A stretch of 64,000 nucleotides of DNA from Fistulifera solaris (lineage: Eukaryota). Position 1 is the stretch's first letter. Each line of letters starts with the position of its first letter. The translations under genes were made by a program, and so were the position numbers. Of the stretch, positions 57,747 through 64,000 are shown one piece after another. Under the pieces are notes generated by a model that had not been told where the DNA came from, did no database searches, and worked only from the letters and a program-made list of their open reading frames with translations. The stretch spans positions 2,356,001-2,420,000 of the forward strand of contig AP026123.1 of assembly GCA_030295235.1 (NCBI GenBank), given 5' to 3'.

Positions 57747-59125
57747 ATGGATCATCGGCTTTTCAAACGTTTCTCTGCGCTACTGTGGCTCCTGGTACTG
57801 CAAACCACGTTCGCCTGGGTATCGAATACTGCTCCTCGGCATTCACAACAACCTCTGTCGGTCAAAAGACGCGAGTCCTCGATGACACCTCGGCAACGAC
57901 AACGATCACACAACCCAAAGCCACCATCCAAATTTTAATGTCCGATACCGGCGGTGGACACCGGGCGTCGGCGAATGCTTTGCGAGACGCGTGGAATACA
58001 TTGTATCCGAACCAAATTGATTGTGAGATTGTGGACATTTATACCGAATACGGACCGGTTTGGCCGTACAATGATTATGTGCGCATGTACAAACTCATGG
58101 CCCAATATCCGTGGACGTGGGATTTGTTTTTTCGCTTTGGTTCGACACCGTTTGGGTTGTGGTTGAATGCCATTTTGTTGGAAACCATTTGTTTTCAATC
58201 CTTCGTGACGTGTTTGCAACAACCCGACTTTACGACCACCAAGCATCGGGCCGATATGGTTGTGTCGGTGCATCCACTGTGTCAAGACATTGCCTTGAAA
58301 ATATTGGCGTATTTGGATAGGAATGGCGCGACCCGGGATCCACACTATCGGACGACACCCTTTTGTACCGTCGTGACCGATTTGGGGGGAGCGCATCCGA
58401 CGTGGTTCCATCCCCAAGTCGATTACTGCTTTGTTCCGTCCGATGCGTTACGACAATTGGCCCTAAAGCGAAACTTACAACCGTCCCAAATTGTGCAACA
58501 CGGATTGCCCATTCGACAAGGATTTTGGAACAATGCGCCATCGTCGAGTACTAGCAAAGCACCGCAACGCACCGCACTGGGATTGCATCCCGATTTACCC
58601 ACGGTTCTGTTGGTCGGCGGTGGAGATGGTATGGGTGGTTTGGTCGAAATGGCGGTAGCGTTGCAACAGGAACTGGCGGATGCCCAACTCGTGGTCATTT
58701 GTGGAAACAATCGGGCCGCCCAAGCGACCTTGCAACAACACAGCAATAACAACATGGTCGTGCAAGGTTTTGTGTCCAACATGGACGAATACATGCGGGC
58801 GGCCGATGTCTTGGTGACCAAGGCGGGACCCGGAACCATTGCGGAAGCTTGTATTTGTGGTCTGCCGTGTCTGTTGTTTGCGTATTTACCGGGACAAGAA
58901 GAAGGGAATATTCCCTTTGTGGAACAAGGTGGTTTCGGTGCCTATTGCAGTGACCCGAAGGAAATTGCGACGACTGTCCGATCTTGGATTGCGGATCCCC
59001 AACAATTGGCGGTGATGCAAGAAAATGCTTTCAAGGCGGCTCGACCACAAGCGACTTTGGATATTGCACGGGATTTGGCGGAAATTGTTTTCGACACAAT
59101 GAGAAGAAGGTGGATGGTGGAATAG
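57747..59125 (+). CDS. MGD: Monogalactosyldiacylglycerol synthase (GT28), frameshift near 57860
   Basis: ILMSDTGGGHRASANAL, VVSVHPLCQ, TVVTDLG, GGGDGMG, TKAGPGTIAEA and PGQEEGN. Signal peptide ends TFA-W. Confidence 0.95.
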
Positions 59126-59712
59126 GAAAAGGCGAAAGTCGTGGTGTCGTTGAATCATCGTTGTAATGCGACAGTAAAGGAAAAAAACGAATAGAGGTCG
59201 ATCGTGTTGCCAAGGAAGAAATAACTGAAAGACATTAAATTAGAAGTTCATTCAAGACGTCAAAATAGCACGGAATCGTAAAGTACATCTTCGATCAATT
59301 CTTCACCTACGAAGTATGAATAATAACTATAAGAGCAGTAGTCTGGAAAAATTGTTTCCACCATGTTGGAAAGCTTGGAAATGATCATGTGAAAATCATC
59401 ATTCATCATCAATCATCGTCGATCATCGACTATAGCCAAGACTGATAGTAAGTTGAGTCGTGAGCAAAGGGAAACCACTGTTTAGATGACAGCTATTCTC
59501 CCCTGTACAACAACCAGATAGAGTATCATAAAAAAGTATAGTCTGAGTAAGTACTCTGGATCTTTGTTCTGCTCCGCCGTAGTTGTGTGACGTTTTGTTC
59601 CGACGACTTCCGGTGCACGTCAAAAGAAAATACTCCGTAGACATTTTATCCTTATTATTTCTATTTACATCACGCCGGATAAGACTCTAGCAACAAAACA
59701 ACAGAAGAAGAA

Positions 59713-61010
59713 ATGGTCAAACACTACGAATGGGATCCACCGGATTTGTCGTTTGTGCCGTACCGATTAGCGGCGCAAGCGATTGTCACTCAGTTGCAAA
59801 CGGCCGGTTTGCCGATTCCCCAAATTGGCATTATTTGCGGATCGGGTCTTTCGGGATTGTCACAAACCCTTCAAGCACCGACATTGACAATGCCGTACGG
59901 TGATATACCGGGATTTCCCTCGCATTGTACGGTCGCCGGGCACACGGGAGAAGTGGTGTAAGTAAAATAATAGAGAGAGCTAGATCGGTCTTTCTTTCTT
60001 TGTTAGTAAGAAAGATGATTCTTACTCGCTTACTCACACGCTCGAACATTTTTCTCTTTGTTTTTTCTCTTTACAGATTCGGCTTGTTGTCGGGCGTACC
60101 TGCCATGTGTTTTCGAGGACGCTTCCATTCGTACGAAGGCCACGACATGAAAACGGTCGTTTTGCCCGTCCACGTCATGCGCTGTCTCAATGTCCAAATT
60201 TGTATTGTCACCAACGCCGCGGGAGCCTTGAATCCCTCGTACAGAGTCGGAGATGTCGTGTGCATCAGTGATCATTTGGCGTTGCCGCAATTGGCCGGAA
60301 AGAATCCACTGGTCGGACCGAATGACGATGAATTGGGACCGCGATTCCCCGCTACGTCCAATGCGTATCCAGACGAGCTGCGAGACGCCGCGCAAGCGGC
60401 GGCCGATAAAATGGGGATTGATTTTTGATTCCGCATGGCGTGTATTGTTTTGTATCGGGAGTACGTATATTATTTCGTCAACTGTTTGTGTGTAACAACT
60501 TTATGCTCACCAACGTATCGTTCTACATAGCCCATGTACGAAAGCAAAGCCGAATGTCGTTTCTTGCGTTCACTCGGTGGCGACGCCGTGGGCATGTCCA
60601 CGATCCCCGAAGTCATTGCATCACATCACTGTCAAATGAAAACGCTCGTATTGTCACTCATGACCAACAAGGTCATTATGACGGGCGATGAAGGGTCTCC
60701 CGTGGCGACACACGCCGAAGTGCTGGAAGCGGTCCAACAGCGTTCGCAACAGATGCAAACGTTGGTGACGGAAATTGTGGCGCATTTGCGGGATCACGTG
60801 TTGCCGCAGTCGGCGCCCTTGCCGAGTGTTACTTTAACAGTCAGTCGGGCCGCCCGAAAGGAATATGCCTTGTATCGGCAAGCGAGTTCGTTGACGGAAA
60901 CGAATCGGCGTAGTAGTGTCACGAGTGATGGGTCGTGGTGGACGGGTCTCGCAGTGTTTTTCGCGGCGGGAGTGGGCGGTATGCTGTGGCACCATCGGTC
61001 GTCGCGTTAG
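59713..61010 (+). CDS. PNP: Purine nucleoside phosphorylase (trimeric PNP type); introns 59958..60076 and 60461..60530; frameshift near 60425
   Basis: GIICGSGL, TVAGHTG, GRFHSYEG, VTNAAG, GP.YES.AE, DAVGMSTIPEV and TN (6-oxopurine-type Asn). Confidence 0.93.
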
Positions 61011-61538
61011 AATTCAGTGGAGGAGTCGTGCAATAAATTCGTGAACTGCAGGCCGATATAAATTGATTTTAAAGGCTATGAATGAAGTAAGCATTTGTAG
61101 CAATCATTTTCACGGGCTGACTTATTTCCAGCACGTTTTCTAGAGAGAGAATCGAGTCCTGATCTCATCATCATCAAACCATAGCAGGTAACAATGACAT
61201 ACGCAATAAGGTTAAGAATATTGAGAGTACACAATTAATAGTGGTGTCAGAATGGTTTTAAATTACTAGCTGCAGATCGTCATGATCTTATAAGCGCAAT
61301 CCGTGCAACAATCGGCGTCTCTCGAAAGATCGCGTGACAAGTGACAACACGTGACAATGAGAAAGAAAGCATTGCCAATCCTTCAACAAAGGAAGGAAGC
61401 ATAACATTCCTTCTTTTTGTTTCTCCTTTTACTGCCTCTTTCGAAAAATCAGCGATTACTTCAATCAGCTGGATATCGATTTCCATTTATTACGGATTAC
61501 GTTTTATTACAATCTACAAAATCAAGCAAACTTCGACC

Positions 61539-64000
61539 ATGATGATGTGGCAGCGACTTTCGAAGCATTCTTCGAAACGACTCGTCGTAACAATATTACT
61601 GTGCAGTCTATTCCCTTCCGTCACCGCTTTTCTCATTTCGCAATCACAACAACCGCTTGTTTGTCCTCTATTTGCTACGAATAGTAGACAGCTCGATCTT
61701 TCGAATGTCGATCCAGATCAAATTCGACGACGTCAACTGCTGGTGTCTCTCTTGACCAGCGCCAGTGTTGCCTTTACGCCTCAAACGTCTTCAGCGACAG
61801 AAACCCCGGAAACTTTTTCAGAAACAAACTCTCTCCGCCAAGTCATTGTTCCGCCACTCGATGATAGTCAGTACGAGACTTACACATTACCCAATGGATT
61901 GCGCGTCTTGTTGTGTTCCGATCCGACATCCAACGAAGCGGCGGCCGCCATGGATGTCCATGTAGGAGGCGTGTTCGGATCCGGTACAAGTTCCCGGATT
62001 GGCGCATTTCAACGAGGTAGGCTTGTTGTATTTCTTGGTCTTATCTGGAGCTTTCGCTCACACAACATCCACATCAGCACATGCTCTTTTTGGGGACCAA
62101 ACCGTATCCACAAGAGGATTCGTTTGAATCGTTTCTCTCGTCGAATGGAGGATCCTCCAATGCGTTCACCGATAGCTTAGATACGGTGTATTACTTTGAT
62201 CTCAATGCGGATGGGGATGCCAAATTCGCGGAAGCCTTGCAACGTTTTGGAGCCTTTTTCAGTGAGCCGCTCTTCACCGAAGCAGGTACGCTTGAAAAGT
62301 CGTCGTTGGAGCCTGTCTTGCGTAAACCTCATCTCGTTCTTTCGTTGTACCATCTTACAATGCAGCGACGGGTCGAGAACTGAATGCCATTGAAAGTGAA
62401 AACGCCAAAAATTTGCAACAAGATTCATTTCGTGTGTTTCAGCTGGCCAAAGCACGCGCCAATCCGGATCATCCCTTTAGTAAATTCTTTACGGGAAACA
62501 AGGCTACCCTGTTGGACAACACTCTCGCACAAGGCATTAATCTGCGAAACGAATTAATTCAGTTCTATCAAAAGTATTATTCGGCCAATCAAATGACCTT
62601 GGCAGTGGTGGGTCCTCAATCCTTGGAGCAATTGCAGGACATGGTGGAGAAGGCATTTACAAAGATACCCAACCGCGACGTGCCGCCGCCCGAGGAATCC
62701 TGGCGTGGTATTTTGCCCTTCACTGCCAACAAAACATTCAATTCGAGTCCCATTCCCGCCTTTCGGCATATTGTAGAAGTCGTTCCAGTCCAGGACATTC
62801 GTCAAGTGACCATTTCGTGGCCCAAACTCATTGATTCACCGGAGGAGCTGCTGTTGAGTCGACTGGATAAACCCAACAATTACGTGGCGCATTTACTCGG
62901 CCACGAAGGACCAGGGTCCTTGTTATCGTATTTGAAACAAAAGGGATGGGCGAATTCCGTTGCTTCTGCCAACGAAGAAGAGTTGAATGACTTCGAGTCG
63001 TTTGATGTTGTGATCGGTTTGACGACACAAGGTTTGGAGCAAGTCGATAGTGTCATTGGGGCAGTCTTTTCGTATATTCGAATGATGCGTGAGCAACCAA
63101 TACCTAATTACATTTTTGAAGAGGTTCTCAAACTAGACGAGATCCAATGGCGATTTACGACCAAGAATGGAGGAGCTGGTTACGTTCAGTCGTTATCCAC
63201 CGCCATGCAAAAGTATCCTCCCGAGCTCTATGTGGCCGGTCCTAGACGTCTTGCGCTCAGCGAATACAACATGGATCCGCCTTTAACCGGTAATCCACGA
63301 TCATCGTTCTCATCGCGTGCACAACTAGAGAACACTCGATCTCTTGTCAACAATTATTTGACAAGCTTGACCGCGGACAATGCTATTATAACGGTACTCA
63401 GTAAAGCATTTGAAGGCAAAACGGACTTGAAAGAAAAGTGGTACGGAACCGACTACCGCGTCCGTGAAATTCCATTCAAGACATTGGATGAATGGAGAAA
63501 TCCCACGCCTGCGAAAAAGCTTAAATTGGCATACCCCAAGCCAAACCCATTCATACCGACAGAAGATGGACTGAGTGTCCGGATACCCAGGTCAAAAGCG
63601 GAAGATTCCAGAAGTCGGTCTTTTGAAGATCGAATGGTTCCCATCCCGCCACCACGAGTGATTCGAGATGATGGGCCCGACGGTCGATGGAAGGTGTACT
63701 TTCGGGAAGACGATCGTTTTGGTAAACCCAAAGGGTATCTAATCTTTCAAGTCATGTCGAAGGAAGTGTTTTCTTCTCCCTTCAAGGCTGCATTATCCAA
63801 TTTATTTGAGTTGTGTGCAACGGATCGGTTGACTGAATACGCCTATGATGGTAAGAATTGTTGCGCGTTTCATTAATTTTCCGTAAATAAGATGAATTAC
63901 TAACCCACCGGAATTAAAGCATCACTAGCGGGGCTAACCTATGATATTAAGGTACTGCCGCGCGGTGTTCGCCTTACCTTCGGTGGCTACAATGAGAAGC
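61539..64000 (+). CDS. Insulinase/pitrilysin-family (M16A) metallopeptidase, 3'-partial; introns 62017..62077, 62286..62365, 63851..63919; frameshift near 61968
   Basis: LPNGLRVLL, GLAHFNE|HMLFLGT (HxxEH), GGSSNAFT, HPFSKFFTGN, HLLGHEGPGSLLSYLK and EKWYGTDY. Confidence 0.93.

Noticed and set aside
61333..61357. TGACGT/CGTGAC motifs upstream of several genes as aureochrome/bZIP sites
   Set aside because: Hexamers are too short to call from sequence alone without enrichment statistics.
2516..62000. Widespread frameshifts read as pseudogenes or programmed frameshifting
   Set aside because: They are single-base indels, often in homopolymers, scattered through essential conserved genes (ABCF3, MYBBP1A, RINT1, MGD, PNP) without accompanying in-frame stops. 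Long-read consensus error is the simplest explanation; short-read polishing would settle it.

Overview
Gene-dense eukaryotic nuclear DNA from a pennate diatom. The evidence is short GT-AG introns of about 60-150 nt, bipartite ASAF-type plastid presequences, MGDG synthase and a CP12-like protein. One gene resembles a hypothetical family I recall as expanded in Fistulifera solaris, so the genus is plausibly Fistulifera (inference). About 33 protein-coding genes can be read. Many carry 1-nt frameshifts in conserved essential genes, most likely long-read assembly indels. Recognisable genes include a GRAB golgin, ABCF3/GCN20, a Dad1-like DASH subunit missed by the ORF track, an MABP-Sec7-PH Arf-GEF, VPS50, V-ATPase H, an M43 protease, a TBC Rab-GAP, RPS26, a CP12-like protein, CHMP2, a GT31 glycosyltransferase, CCDC43, MYBBP1A/Pol5, RINT1, a MORN protein, an RNASEK-like protein, MGD, PNP and an M16A insulinase. 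The most unusual proteins are (1) a plastid-presequence MDP-1 phosphatase + cold-shock + EOLA1-type ASCH fusion, (2) a TMEM65 + ACT fusion, (3) an insulinase with a thylakoid-lumen (TAT) type presequence and (4) a tail-anchored PNP. Non-coding structure includes a 990-bp PIF/Harbinger-like element with perfect TIRs and TGA target duplication, a small MITE, a 34-bp x4 repeat in a bidirectional promoter, recurrent intergenic TACCWGGTA palindromes and a marked excess of 7-bp tandem duplications of unrelated sequences. No tRNA, rRNA or CRISPR was seen. All homology calls come from motif recognition, not database searches.
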